64,000 nt of DNA from Gammaproteobacteria bacterium (GTDB taxonomy: Bacteria > Pseudomonadota > Gammaproteobacteria > JABABF01), in contig OZ250153.1 in NCBI GenBank assembly GCA_965237805.1, forward strand, positions 1,536,001 through 1,600,000, read 5' to 3'. Numbering within the stretch: the stretch's first letter is position 1; each line of letters opens with the position of its first letter. The notes beneath the pieces were generated by a model. The model made no database searches. It saw nothing but the letters and a program-made list of their open reading frames with translations, and was not told the origin of the DNA. The position numbers and the translations under genes were made by a program. This document shows, piece by piece, positions 48,299 through 58,876 of this stretch.

Positions 48299-48801
48299 TG
48301 GGAGCCGCCCCCGGTCGCGCCGACGATCCCGCGACCCAGCTGTTTGAGGATCGCCGCTGGATGCGCTGCGCGCTGGATTTGGCGCGGCGCGGCGCGGCGG
48401 CGGGCGAGGTGCCGGTCGGCGCGGTGTTGGTGCGCGATGGCCAATTGCTGGGCAGCGGCTGGAATCAGCCGTGCACAGCGCGCGACCCCAGCGCACATGC
48501 CGAGATCGTCGCGCTGCGTGCGGCAGCGCTGGCGGTGGGCAATTACCGTCTGCCGGGCAGTGTGCTATTTGTCAGCGTCGAACCTTGTGCCATGTGCGCT
48601 GGCGCTCTGCTCCATGCCCGCGTGTCGCGTTTGGTCTTCGCCGCCTTCGAGCCCAAGGCTGGCGCAGTGCACAGTCGCTTGCACTTGCTCGACGAGGCGC
48701 ATCTGAACCATCGCGTTGCTTGGTGCGGCGGTGTGCTGGCGACGCAGAGTAGCGCCCTGCTGCGGGATTTCTTCGCCGCCCGGCGCGGGAGTGGCAGCTA
48801 G
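48289..48801 (+). CDS. tadA: tRNA adenosine(34) deaminase
   Basis: GEVPVGAV, AHAEI, EPCAMCAGA. Confidence 0.95.
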   Translation: MGVVGAAPGRADDPATQLFEDRRWMRCALDLARRGAAAGEVPVGAVLVRDGQLLGSGWNQPCTARDPSAHAEIVALRAAALAVGNYRLPGSVLFVSVEPCAMCAGALLHARVSRLVFAAFEPKAGAVHSRLHLLDEAHLNHRVAWCGGVLATQSSALLRDFFAARRGSGS

Positions 48802-48804
48802 GGT

Positions 48805-51800
48805 ATGGCAGCGCAGCTGTTCTGCTTGGGTCCCGCTCGCGCCGATTTTCAGCTGGCGGCGTTGCGGGAGAAATTGGCCGAACGAGGCATTGTGGTACAC
48901 AGGGTAGAGGCACAGTATTTTTGCCTCGCCGAGTTCAGCACACCACCGCCCGATGGCTTGGCTACGCTGCTCGGTGCCACTGCATCGTCACTGCCCGACT
49001 GGCCAGCGGCTGAGCAGCGATTCGCTGTGCCTCGACGGGGGATGATCTCCGCTTGGGCTGACAAGGCAGAGGCGATTGTGCGTCGCGCTGGGATGGGGGA
49101 TTCCTGTGAGCGCCTTGAGCGTGTTGTCGCATGGCATATCGCACCGGCACCAAATTGGGATGCGTTACGAGAGATGATCTGCGATCGTATGATGGAAGAG
49201 TTGGTGGACGGCCCTGATCAGTTGACTGCCTTGCTAACGGCACAAGAGCCAGACAGATTGGAGCATGTTTATGTGATGGAGTCCGCTGGCTGGGAAAGTC
49301 TGCAGAGGGAGAGTCAGCGGCTTGGCTTGGAACTAACAAATCATGAGCTGCGCCATTTATATGACTTGTTCAAGAATCAGCTGGCGCGCAATCCTAGCGA
49401 TGTGGAGTTGATGAGCTACGCTCAGATCCACTCTGAGCACTGTCGGCATAAAGTCTTCAATATGTCGAGGTCTGTTGAAGATCAAAAGTCTACTGTAACT
49501 TATTCACTGATGGATCTGATTCGCCGAACCAGCCATGATGAGAAGGGTAGTGTCCTCCCCCATATTATTAGCGCTTACAGAGACAATGCAGCGGTGTTCT
49601 CCAGCTTGCCGTTGGCCGAGTTTACCCCTGAGCAAACACCGACTGGCTATTTCTATCGTCAGAGATCACGGCAGCTACATTTATTGGCCAAAGTAGAGAC
49701 CCACAACCATCCGACTGCCATTTCGCCCTTCCCGGGAGCAGGCACTGGCATCGGCGGCGAGTTACGCGATGAGGCAGCAGTCGGTCGGGGTGGGCGCAGC
49801 GTGGCAGGGTTGTGCGGCTTTAGCGTCTCCCATTTGCGCTTGCCGAATGCAGAGCAACCTTGGGAGGGGGAGCCTCTGCCAGCCCCAGCGCTGGCTTCGC
49901 CTCTGGACATCATGCTACAGGCGCCGTTAGGTGGTGCCGCATTCGCTAATGAATTTGGTCGCCCGACGCTGTGTGGGTATTTTCGCAGTTTCGAGCAGCT
50001 ACGGCGCCAGCGTTCCGATGAGGATCAGGAGTCCCGCCACGGCTACCACAAGCCAATCATGTTGGCAGGTGGCCTCGGTGTCATTCGCCCAGAGCATGTC
50101 AACGGCCAAGTGGAAGCGCTGAGCGATGGCGATTGTCTGGTCGTGCTTGGTGGCCCAGCGCTGCGCATCGGTCTGGGTGGCGGTAGCAGTTCCTCGCGTC
50201 CTACCGGGTCTGCCGACGCAGCTTTAGCATTCGCTTCGGTGCAACGGCAGAATCCGGAGATGCAGCGTCGTTGCCAGGAACTGATTGATCGCTGTCGGCA
50301 GTTGGGCAAGGACAACCCCATAGCATTGATCCACGATGTCGGTGCTGGCGGGCTGTGTAATGCTCTGCCCGAGTTGGTCTGGGAGTTAAGTGTTGGTGAG
50401 CCAGTACGGAATCTGGTGGCATATGGCTCAGCGGATCGCCAGCGGTTGGCGAAACAGTTGCTGGAGGAGGAGCAATGGGCAGCTCGCTTTGGTGCTGAAG
50501 TCGATTTGCGTGCCATCCCCAAGGCCGATTCCAGTCTGTCTCCACTGGAGTTGTGGTGCAATGAAGCCCAAGAGCGTTTTGTATTAGTTGTACGGCGCAA
50601 GTCTCTAGACACTTTTATAGCGTTGTGTGCACGGGAGGACTGTCCGTGTGCTAAGGTCGGTGAGTTGCGCGGTCGCCAGTTGGGCACAAGCCGTTTTGTG
50701 GTGCGTGATGGTGATTCACAAGTCCCACTAGATTTGCCGCTAGCCTACCTGTTCCTGCCAGCACCCCTCAGTTCGACCTTAGGAAACAATTGGAATTTTT
50801 CCCTTCATCGTTAGTTGACAAGCTGTTCGCTACAAAACTATTGCCGGAACCGGATCAAGATAGTGTTGCTACCCCCCCGCAGTCTCCGATGTTGCCCGAC
50901 CAACAATATGGAGCTTTTCCCCAAGCAGCCAGATCGTCTCAATATCAACGAAGCCGTACGTCGCATTCTGAAATTCCCCGACGGTAGCGGCCAAGCACTT
51001 TTTGATCACCATTGGTGATCGCACAGTGGGGGGGTTGTCCTGCCGCGATCAGTTGGTGGGGCCATGGCAAGTGCCAGTAGCTGATGTTGCTGTGGTGGCG
51101 CTGGACTACGACGGCTACCTCGGCGGCGCATTGGCGCTGGGCGAGCGCACGCCTTTAGCCGTGCGCAGCCCGGCCGCCGCCGCCCGCATGGCCGTCGGCG
51201 AGGCGCTGACCAATCTCGCCGCCGTGCCGCTGCGCGCCGCCACACCGCAGAAGGCACTGGCCGCCGCTGTACTGTCGGCCAATTGGATGTCCGCCAGCAC
51301 CAAAGGCAATCAGAGTGCTCCGGCACTGAATGATTTACAACATGCAGTTATAGCGCTGAGCAAGCTGTGCGTAGACTTGGGCATCGCGGTGCCGGTGGGC
51401 AAGGACTCGCTGTCAATGGAGGTGCGTTGGACGACTCCCAACGGTAGCCGCCACCGCGTCGCCGCGCCGCTGTCGCCAGTGGTGAGCGCCTTCGCACCAG
51501 TGGCTGATGTGCGCGCCGCGCTGACACCGCAACTCCGCGCCGAGTCGGGCGCATCGCTGCTGTTGATCGATCTGGCTGCGGGTCACACGCGTCTGGGGGG
51601 CTCTTGCTTGGCGCAGGTCTTCACTCGCGAGCTGGGAGCGGTACCGGATTTAGACAGCGTCCAGCGCTTCGCCGCCTTCTTCGCAGCCGTGCAGGACTGC
51701 CTCGCCGAGGGGCTTCTATTGGCCTATCACGACCGCTCCGACGGTGGTTTGTTCGCCTGTCTGTGCGAGATGGCCTTCGCCAGCCGCCTCGGCTTCGATG

Positions 51801-52966
51801 TCGAGCTGCCGCCGGGCGATGCCATCGCGCAGCTATTCAATGAGGAGCTGGGGGCGGTTTTGCAGTGTCGTGACGAGGCGGCGGTGCGCGAGCGCTGCCG
51901 TCGTCACGGGTTGCCTGCCAATTGCCTGCACCAGCTCGGCACCGCCACCGGCGCGGGTGCGCCGTTGCGCTTTCTCAGCGGTGGCGAGGAGCTGCTGTGC
52001 GGCGATCGCGCCGAGTGGCAGTCGCTGTGGCAAGGGACCAGTTACCACATGCAATCCCTGCGCGACCATCCAGACTGCGCACGCGAGGAGTTCGAGGCCG
52101 TTGGCGACGAAGCGGATGGTGGTCTATGTGCCCAGCTGAGTTTCGACCCCGCCGTCGCCCCGGCGATCAACACCGGTGCCCGCCCGCGGCTGGCCGTGCT
52201 GCGCGACCGCGGCAGCAACGGCCACTACGAGATGGCGGCGGCCTTCGACCGCGCTGGCTTTGACTGCCTCGATGTGCACAGCACCGACTTGGCGAGCGGT
52301 CGCCAGACGCTGGCCGATTGTCAAGGGCTGGCCGCCTGTGGTGGCTTTTCCTGCGGCGATGTGCTCGGTGCGGGTCGCGGCTGGGCCGCCGCGCTGGCCG
52401 GGGATGAGCGCAGCCGCGAGGCCTTGGCGGCTTTCCTCAGCCGCCCGGACAGCTTCGCTCTCGGTGTCTGCAACGGCTGCCAGCTGCTCTGTGATCCGCT
52501 GTGGCGCGAGTGGATCCCAGGCAGCGAGGACTGGCCGCGCTTTGCCGTCAACAGCTCGCGGCGCTTCGAGTCGCGCTGGGTGATGGTCGAGATTCCCCCC
52601 TCGCCCTCACTGTTGCTGGATGGCATGGCTGGCAGTCGGCTGCCGGTGCCAGTCGCTCACGCCGAGGGCCGCGCCGATTTCAGTGCTGCCGCCGACGGCG
52701 CGCTGGCTCGGCTCAAACTCGCCTCAGCGGTGGCCTTGCGCTATGTCGATCACTGCGGGCAAATCGCCGAGCGCTATCCGGCCAACCCGGCCGGTGCCCC
52801 CGCTGGCCTCGCTGGCCTGTGCTCCAGCGATGGCCGAGTGACGATTATGATGCCGCACCCAGAGCGCGCCTTCCGCACCGTACAGTATTCCTATGCGCCT
52901 GCGGATTGGGGCGAGAGCGCGCCTTGGCTGCGCTTGTTCCGCAACGCCCGCAGGCAGCTCGGCTAG
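48805..52966 (+). CDS. purL: Phosphoribosylformylglycinamidine synthase (large PurL), reading frame interrupted at ~50790-50980
   Basis: 5' ORF: [29 protein letters not shown]. 3' ORF: [38 protein letters not shown]. In-frame TAG at 50812-50814 and a frameshift near CCCC 50976-50979. Confidence 0.93.
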
Positions 52967-52991
52967 AATTTGCCAGCGATCGGAAATAGCG

Positions 52992-54923
52992 ATGCCAGTC
53001 AAACAGTCACCACAGCGCCTCAATTACTACGCTTGGTGGCAGAATGTCCTCATCCTGCTGGTGGTGAGCTTGGGCATTCTCTATTCGATGCCGAATCTGT
53101 TCCGGCCTCAGGCGGCTATCCAAGTGCGCACTGAGAGCAGCCGTGGGCAGTTGGGGGCCACCGAGCTGGCCGGTGTCCAGCGGGCGCTGAGTGCGGCTGA
53201 CATCGCCTTCGGCATGGTTGAGTGGGATGACGGTGGCTTCCTGCTGCGGCTATCGCGTGACGAAGACCAGCTGCGCGCCCGCGATCTGGCCGAGCAGGCG
53301 CTAGGTGCTGGCCATGTGGTGGCCCTGAACCGCGCCGACACCACCCCCGACTGGCTGTCCGCCATCGGTGGCAAGCCGATGAACTTGGGCTTGGATCTGA
53401 GCGGTGGCGTCCACTTCCTGTTGCAGGTGGACACCCGCGGTTATCTCAGCGGGCTGATGAAGAACCGCGCCGACGAGCTGCGCCGCGCCCTGCGCGAGCG
53501 CCGCCTGCGCGCCGTCGTCGATCTCTCTCCGCCAGCGGACAGCGGCGGCCACATCCTGTTGCGTGCTGGCGACCCCGAGCTCCTGCGCACCCTGCGTGAA
53601 CTGCTGGTCGAGGACTTCGCCGATCTGCGCATCACCCGCGAAGAAGACGACAGCGGCTTCTCGCTGCTGCTGGACTTCGCCTCGGCGCAGCGTCAAGAGT
53701 TCATCACCTACGCCGTCGAGCAGAACCTCGGCATCCTGCGCAACCGCGTCAACGAACTCGGCGTAGCCGAGCCGCTGGTGCAGCGCCAAGGGCGCACGCG
53801 CGTCGTGGTCGAGCTGCCCGGTGTGCAGGATACCGCTCAGGCCAAGCGTGTGCTGGGAAAATTTGCCAACTTGGAGTTTCGCCTCGAGGCCTTGTCCACC
53901 ACGCCGCCGCTGGAGCGCGAGTTCTTTCGCTTTCGCGATGCCGCTACCGGTGCCGAGGGCGCTTGGCTACTGCGCCGTACCATCGTCAAGGGCGAGAGCG
54001 TGACCGGTGCATCGCCGGGCTACGATGAGAACAGCCAGCCAGCGGCGGTCATCTCGCTGGACAGCCCTGGCGGTGCGTCGATGAATCAGGCCTCGCGCGA
54101 CAATGTGGGGCGGCGTATGGGGGTGCTGTTTATCGAGCGGCGCACGCGCACCGCCGCCACCACGGAGCTGGCGGCAGCGCTGGTCGGCATCGGCGAGAAA
54201 TACCAGAGCCGGGAGTTGATCAGCTTGGCTGTGATCCGCAGTGCGCTGGGCTCACGCTTCCAGATTACTGGTCTCGACTCATCGGCAGAGGCATCCGAGT
54301 TGGCGCTGTTATTGCGCGCTGGTGCGCTGTCCGCGCCGCTGGAATTCATTGAGGAGCGCACGGTCGGCCCCTCGCTGGGAGCCGAGAATGTGTCGCTGGG
54401 TCTGCGTGCGGTACAAATGGGCCTGCTGATGGTGTTGCTGTTCATGGTTGCCTGGTACCGGCTCTTCGGCCTTGCCGCCGCCGTGGCACTGATCGCCAAT
54501 TTGTCGCTGTTGGTAGCGCTGATGTCGCTGTTGTCGGCGACGCTGACATTGCCCGGCATCGCTGGCATCGTGCTGACAGTGGGCATGGCCGTGGACGCCA
54601 ATGTGCTGATCTTCTCGCGCATCCGCGAGGAATTGCAGGACGGCCTGTCGCCGCAGCGCGCCATCCACGCTGGCTACTCGCGCGCCCTGACCACCATCCT
54701 AGATGCCAATCTGACCACATTGCTGGTGGCGTTGATCCTCTACATCGTCGGTACCGGGCCGGTGCGCGGCTTCGCCGTCACGCTCTCGCTGGGCATCATC
54801 AGCTCGCTGTTCTGCTCCATCCTGCTGACCCGCGCCCTCGTCAACTGGGTCTATGGGGGACGCCGCCTCAAGCAGCTGCGGCTGGGTTGGTCGGGGCAGG
54901 ACAGCAAGGTGCTGCCATCGTGA
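52992..54923 (+). CDS. secD: Protein translocase subunit SecD
   Basis: LGLDLSGG, RVNELGVAEP, ERTVGPSLG, GMAVDANVLI, DANLTT. Confidence 0.97.
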   Translation: MPVKQSPQRLNYYAWWQNVLILLVVSLGILYSMPNLFRPQAAIQVRTESSRGQLGATELAGVQRALSAADIAFGMVEWDDGGFLLRLSRDEDQLRARDLAEQALGAGHVVALNRADTTPDWLSAIGGKPMNLGLDLSGGVHFLLQVDTRGYLSGLMKNRADELRRALRERRLRAVVDLSPPADSGGHILLRAGDPELLRTLRELLVEDFADLRITREEDDSGFSLLLDFASAQRQEFITYAVEQNLGILRNRVNELGVAEPLVQRQGRTRVVVELPGVQDTAQAKRVLGKFANLEFRLEALSTTPPLEREFFRFRDAATGAEGAWLLRRTIVKGESVTGASPGYDENSQPAAVISLDSPGGASMNQASRDNVGRRMGVLFIERRTRTAATTELAAALVGIGEKYQSRELISLAVIRSALGSRFQITGLDSSAEASELALLLRAGALSAPLEFIEERTVGPSLGAENVSLGLRAVQMGLLMVLLFMVAWYRLFGLAAAVALIANLSLLVALMSLLSATLTLPGIAGIVLTVGMAVDANVLIFSRIREELQDGLSPQRAIHAGYSRALTTILDANLTTLLVALILYIVGTGPVRGFAVTLSLGIISSLFCSILLTRALVNWVYGGRRLKQLRLGWSGQDSKVLPS

Positions 54924-55840
54924 GCAACCGCCGCCGCCTTGTCGCGCTGGACTTCATGGCGCTGGTACCGGCGGCGGCGCTGTGCTCGGTGGCGCTGTTG
55001 CTGGCCTCGCTGGCCTCGCTGAGCCTGCAGGGCTTGGCGCTGGGCTTGGACTTCACCGGCGGCACCTTGGTCGAATACGGCTATTCGTCGGCGGTGGATT
55101 TGGACCCGCTACGCGAGCGCTTGTCCGCGGGCGGCTACGCGGGTGCCCGCACGGTACACTTCGGCTCCGAGCGCGAGTTGCTGGTGCGCCTGCCCGGCAA
55201 CTCGGTGCACGATGACGGCAGCGAGCTGGTGGAGCTGTTGTCGGGAGCGGCTCCGGGCGGCACCCTGCGCCGCCTCGAGTTTGTCGGTCCGCAGGTTGGC
55301 TCCGAGTTGCGAGAGAGTGGTGGTTTGGCCTTATTGGCCGCTCTGGCGCTGGTGCTGATCTATGTTGCTTTACGCTTTCAGCTGAAGTTTGCCGTCGGCG
55401 CCGTCCTCGCCCTGTTCCACGATGTGCTGCTCACCCTTGGGCTGTTCTCGCTGTTGCGCTGGGACTTCGACCTCACTGTGCTGGCGGCGCTGTTGGCGGT
55501 GATCGGCTATTCCCTCAACGACAGCTTGGTGATCTCCGACCGCATCCGCGAGAATTTCCGCCGTCGGCGCCGCGCCAAGCCGCGCGAGGTCATCAACCTG
55601 TCGCTGACGCAGACGCTGGGGCGCACCTTGATCACCTCCCTGACCACGCTGTTGGTCTTGATGGCGCTGTTGCTGGCGGGCGGCGAGCTGATTCGCGGCT
55701 TCGCGCTGGCGCTCAGCATCGGTGTTGTGATCGGCACCTACTCGTCGATTTATGTGACCGCCTCGACGCTACTATGGTTGCGGCTCAGCTCCGTCGATTT
55801 GGCTCCGCCCGAAAGCGAGGGTGGCGATGGCGGCAGCTGA
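54920..55840 (+). CDS. secF: Protein translocase subunit SecF
   Basis: LGLDFTGG, VGPQVG, GYSLND, DRIREN, GTYSSIY. Confidence 0.96.
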   Translation: MSNRRRLVALDFMALVPAAALCSVALLLASLASLSLQGLALGLDFTGGTLVEYGYSSAVDLDPLRERLSAGGYAGARTVHFGSERELLVRLPGNSVHDDGSELVELLSGAAPGGTLRRLEFVGPQVGSELRESGGLALLAALALVLIYVALRFQLKFAVGAVLALFHDVLLTLGLFSLLRWDFDLTVLAALLAVIGYSLNDSLVISDRIRENFRRRRRAKPREVINLSLTQTLGRTLITSLTTLLVLMALLLAGGELIRGFALALSIGVVIGTYSSIYVTASTLLWLRLSSVDLAPPESEGGDGGS

Positions 55841-55861
55841 GCGCGGCGCTGCCGCCTCGGT

Positions 55862-58800
55862 CTAGTTCGCCAAGAATTGGCTGATCGCCGCTGCTACCGC
55901 CGCCGTATCGCGTCCGGCCAGTGATGCGCCGGAGCCGCCGAGCAGCTCCGGCGGCGCGCCGCTCAGCTGAGCCAACACCAACAGCAGATCGTCGCGGTCT
56001 TGGTTGCCGTCGCCGTTGACATCCAGTGCGCTGTCGGCGAGCAGGGAGCGGCTCAGCGCCAGCACGGTGGCGGGGTTGGCGCTGTCTGGCAGCGCGATGT
56101 TGTATACCATATCTACCGCCTCAAAGCCGCTCAGCATACGCAGTGCGATGACAAAGTCATCGGCGTCCCAAGCATCGTTCATATTGGGGGTCAGCGGTGC
56201 GGCCTGCACCTGTTGCAATAGCCGATGCGCGTTGAGCCGCCGCCCGCTGGCCACATACTGCTGTGCGATGGGTGCGCCGACGCCGATCTCGTAGAGTCGC
56301 AGGGCGGGCGTTTGGGCCTCGTTGTCGAAATTTCCCGGCAGGCTGAGGCTGAACACCAAGCGCAGGCCAGCGCTCAGCTGGCCGCTGGGGATGGCGCCAG
56401 TCAGCTGGCGTGATATCGCGGTGGTCGTGCTGATCGTCGTTGTGCTGAGCACGGTTTCATTGCCGCCGCTATCCAAGAGCGAAATGACCAGCCCATCGGC
56501 GATGGGAGCCGCTAATGGCCAGCCTGAGAACACGACGGTTACGCCAAACTGCGCCGCGCTGAGCCCGGACAGATCGAAGGGGGTGGAGACCAGTCGCAGG
56601 GTGCTGCTGCTGTGGTTGCCGCCAGCGGGGGCCAGCTGCCAGAAATAGTGCTTGCGTCCTCCCGCTGGCGGCAAGTCGCTGGCGCTGGCGATGTGCCAGC
56701 CAATCGCATCACTGCCCAGATCGCTCAGTGCGGCATCCCACGCCCCCGCATCGCTGCGCATATTGTCGTAGAAAGCATCGCCCACTTGCGGCAGGTAGTA
56801 GTCGCTACTGCCCGTGACCGTCGCCGCCAAGCTGGCGACACCATCGGCGCTCTGTAGCAAGCGGTGGCGCAGCTCGGCCGCCGCCATCGTCGGGCGCAGG
56901 CTCAGTGCTAGTGCGGCGGCACCAGCCACTTGCGGGGCGGCCATTGAGGTGCCGGTCCTGAGCTCGATAGCCACGGCGCTGGTAGCAGCGGTGGCCGCAC
57001 CAAATTTGATAAATTGGATAAAGATATCGTCGGCACTATCTGTGTGACCGAAGATTCCCAGCTGCGCCCCCGTGGTGAAAAATGTCGAGGGGACGGTCAA
57101 ATACAAATTTATAAAGTTGCCTTTCTCCCACCAATTGAACACATCGTCCATCAGAATGATAGAAGCGTCTCCAAAATCGGCGGCTATGGAGTTGGCACCG
57201 GAGCGGGTCAGGCCGGAGTTGCTGTCCCCATCAGTGTCTGCGCTGAGCACGATAGTGAGCTCGTCATCGCTGTTGAACTCGAGGCGTCGCATAAAGAAGT
57301 GCAGTGCCACATGCTCTTCACCGACAAATTGGCTGAGATCAAAAGTCGGGCTGTGCAGATAGAAAGTGCCGGTGCTGGTCTTGCTGAGATTTCTGCCGTC
57401 GAAGGTGGTGATTGCATCGAAACCCTGATGTTCCCAGCCATTCAGCGAGCTGATGCTGCCGATATCCGCCGCGGCACTCAGCGCTGGATTTTGCCGTTCC
57501 AAACTGAGGATCAAGCTGCCGGGCGCGGCGATTGGCACGGCGCTGCTGCCGAAACTGCTGCTGCCGGCGAGCTGGTCTCTGAAGTTGCTGTTAGCGACCG
57601 CCAGCACATTGCGCAGTGGCTCCACCAGCGGGTAATTGCTGCCGTCGCCGTAGCTGGCGAGATAAGCCGCATCGCCCAACAGGCTGACATTGCTAGCGCT
57701 GTTGCCGGCGGAGGTGACGAATAGCACACCGCGCTGCTCCAGCGCAGCGATGGCATCGTACAGCGCCTGGCTGTAGCTGCCGCCGCCCCAGCTATTGTTG
57801 ATCACGCGCAACGGGACCCCGCTGTCGACCATTGCCGCCGCATAGTTCAGGCAGGCTATCGCATCGCTGGTGAAGCCTCTGTTGACGGTGATGAAGCGCA
57901 GTATCATCAGGCTGAGCCGATGGTTGACGCCGACCACGCTCTTTTGATTGTCGCCGATGGCACCGGCGATGCCCGCCACATGGCTGCCGTGGCCGTCATC
58001 GTCCCACGGCGTGCCGCTGGCGGCGGCGCTGCGGCGAGCGTTGGTGCCAACGCAGTCCGCGCCGTGCACATCGTCCACATAGCCGTTGCCGTCGTTGTCC
58101 ACCCCGTCGTAGCTATTGTCCAACGGGTTGACCCACAGATTGGCGCGCAGCTCCTCGTGATCCAGCTGCGCGCCGCTGTCGAGTACGGCCATCACCACCG
58201 AGCTGCTACCGGTGCTGATAGCCCAAGCCTCCACGCTATCTATATCGGCAGCTGCGACGGTTAGACCAGCGATTGCGGCACCGATGGAGCTGCTGCCGTC
58301 AGAGTTTTGGGTGACTATGATTGGGATCGATTGACCGGTGTTGTTGTGTCCCCAGAGGTAGCGGAAGTGGGCATCGTCAGGACTTGCATGGTGCTGGACG
58401 ATATAGTCCGGCTCGGCGTACTCCACCAGCCCGGCACGCTCCAGCACACGCGCCATCTCCGCTGCGTTGTGCCCCGCTGGCAGTCGCAGCACCGTCAGTT
58501 CGGTCGCCCCGTGCAGCTGGTTCAAAATGCCGATGCCGAAGCGCTGGTACAGCTCCTCAGCCCGCGCCTGCGCCCCGCTCGCGCCACCGGCAAAGCGCGC
58601 CAGCAACACGCCGGGGCGGTGTGCGGCTTGGTCGTTGATGGCGTGCTGCCGCGTGGCGGTCATACGCATCGGGATGGCCTCCCCACGTGGTGTCGGTGTC
58701 ACCACTGCCGCCGCCCGCCCGCTCGCCGCCGCGGCTGGCCGCGGCTGGCCGGTGTCGTGGCTGGTGCTTTGAGCTTGGGGCTCGGGGGCGGGCAACGGCG

Positions 58801-58876
58801 CTCGCCATGCCACCACCGCAGCGATGACGAGGCCGACCAGCACGAACAGTGCCGCCAGTCGCCACTGCCCGCTCAT
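55862..58876 (-). CDS. Membrane-anchored or secreted S8 subtilase with inserted beta domains and dockerin-like C-terminus
   Basis: N-terminal TM, propeptide (VEYAEPDY), triad VLDSG / HGSHVAG / GTSMAAP, oxyanion SAGN, tail LDVNGDGNQDRDDLLLVL. Confidence 0.92.
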   Translation of the reverse strand: MSGQWRLAALFVLVGLVIAAVVAWRAPLPAPEPQAQSTSHDTGQPRPAAAASGRAAAVVTPTPRGEAIPMRMTATRQHAINDQAAHRPGVLLARFAGGASGAQARAEELYQRFGIGILNQLHGATELTVLRLPAGHNAAEMARVLERAGLVEYAEPDYIVQHHASPDDAHFRYLWGHNNTGQSIPIIVTQNSDGSSSIGAAIAGLTVAAADIDSVEAWAISTGSSSVVMAVLDSGAQLDHEELRANLWVNPLDNSYDGVDNDGNGYVDDVHGADCVGTNARRSAAASGTPWDDDGHGSHVAGIAGAIGDNQKSVVGVNHRLSLMILRFITVNRGFTSDAIACLNYAAAMVDSGVPLRVINNSWGGGSYSQALYDAIAALEQRGVLFVTSAGNSASNVSLLGDAAYLASYGDGSNYPLVEPLRNVLAVANSNFRDQLAGSSSFGSSAVPIAAPGSLILSLERQNPALSAAADIGSISSLNGWEHQGFDAITTFDGRNLSKTSTGTFYLHSPTFDLSQFVGEEHVALHFFMRRLEFNSDDELTIVLSADTDGDSNSGLTRSGANSIAADFGDASIILMDDVFNWWEKGNFINLYLTVPSTFFTTGAQLGIFGHTDSADDIFIQFIKFGAATAATSAVAIELRTGTSMAAPQVAGAAALALSLRPTMAAAELRHRLLQSADGVASLAATVTGSSDYYLPQVGDAFYDNMRSDAGAWDAALSDLGSDAIGWHIASASDLPPAGGRKHYFWQLAPAGGNHSSSTLRLVSTPFDLSGLSAAQFGVTVVFSGWPLAAPIADGLVISLLDSGGNETVLSTTTISTTTAISRQLTGAIPSGQLSAGLRLVFSLSLPGNFDNEAQTPALRLYEIGVGAPIAQQYVASGRRLNAHRLLQQVQAAPLTPNMNDAWDADDFVIALRMLSGFEAVDMVYNIALPDSANPATVLALSRSLLADSALDVNGDGNQDRDDLLLVLAQLSGAPPELLGGSGASLAGRDTAAVAAAISQFLAN

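Noticed and set aside
50812-50814. Programmed TAG readthrough (pyrrolysine or recoding) in purL
   Set aside because: TAG is a normal stop for other genes here, and a separate frameshift nearby points to indels.
4796-52966. Cys at normally conserved positions ([21 protein letters not shown]) as a codon reassignment
   Set aside because: The replaced residues differ (Gly, Ser, Tyr) and catalytic cysteines use the same codons; better explained by drift.
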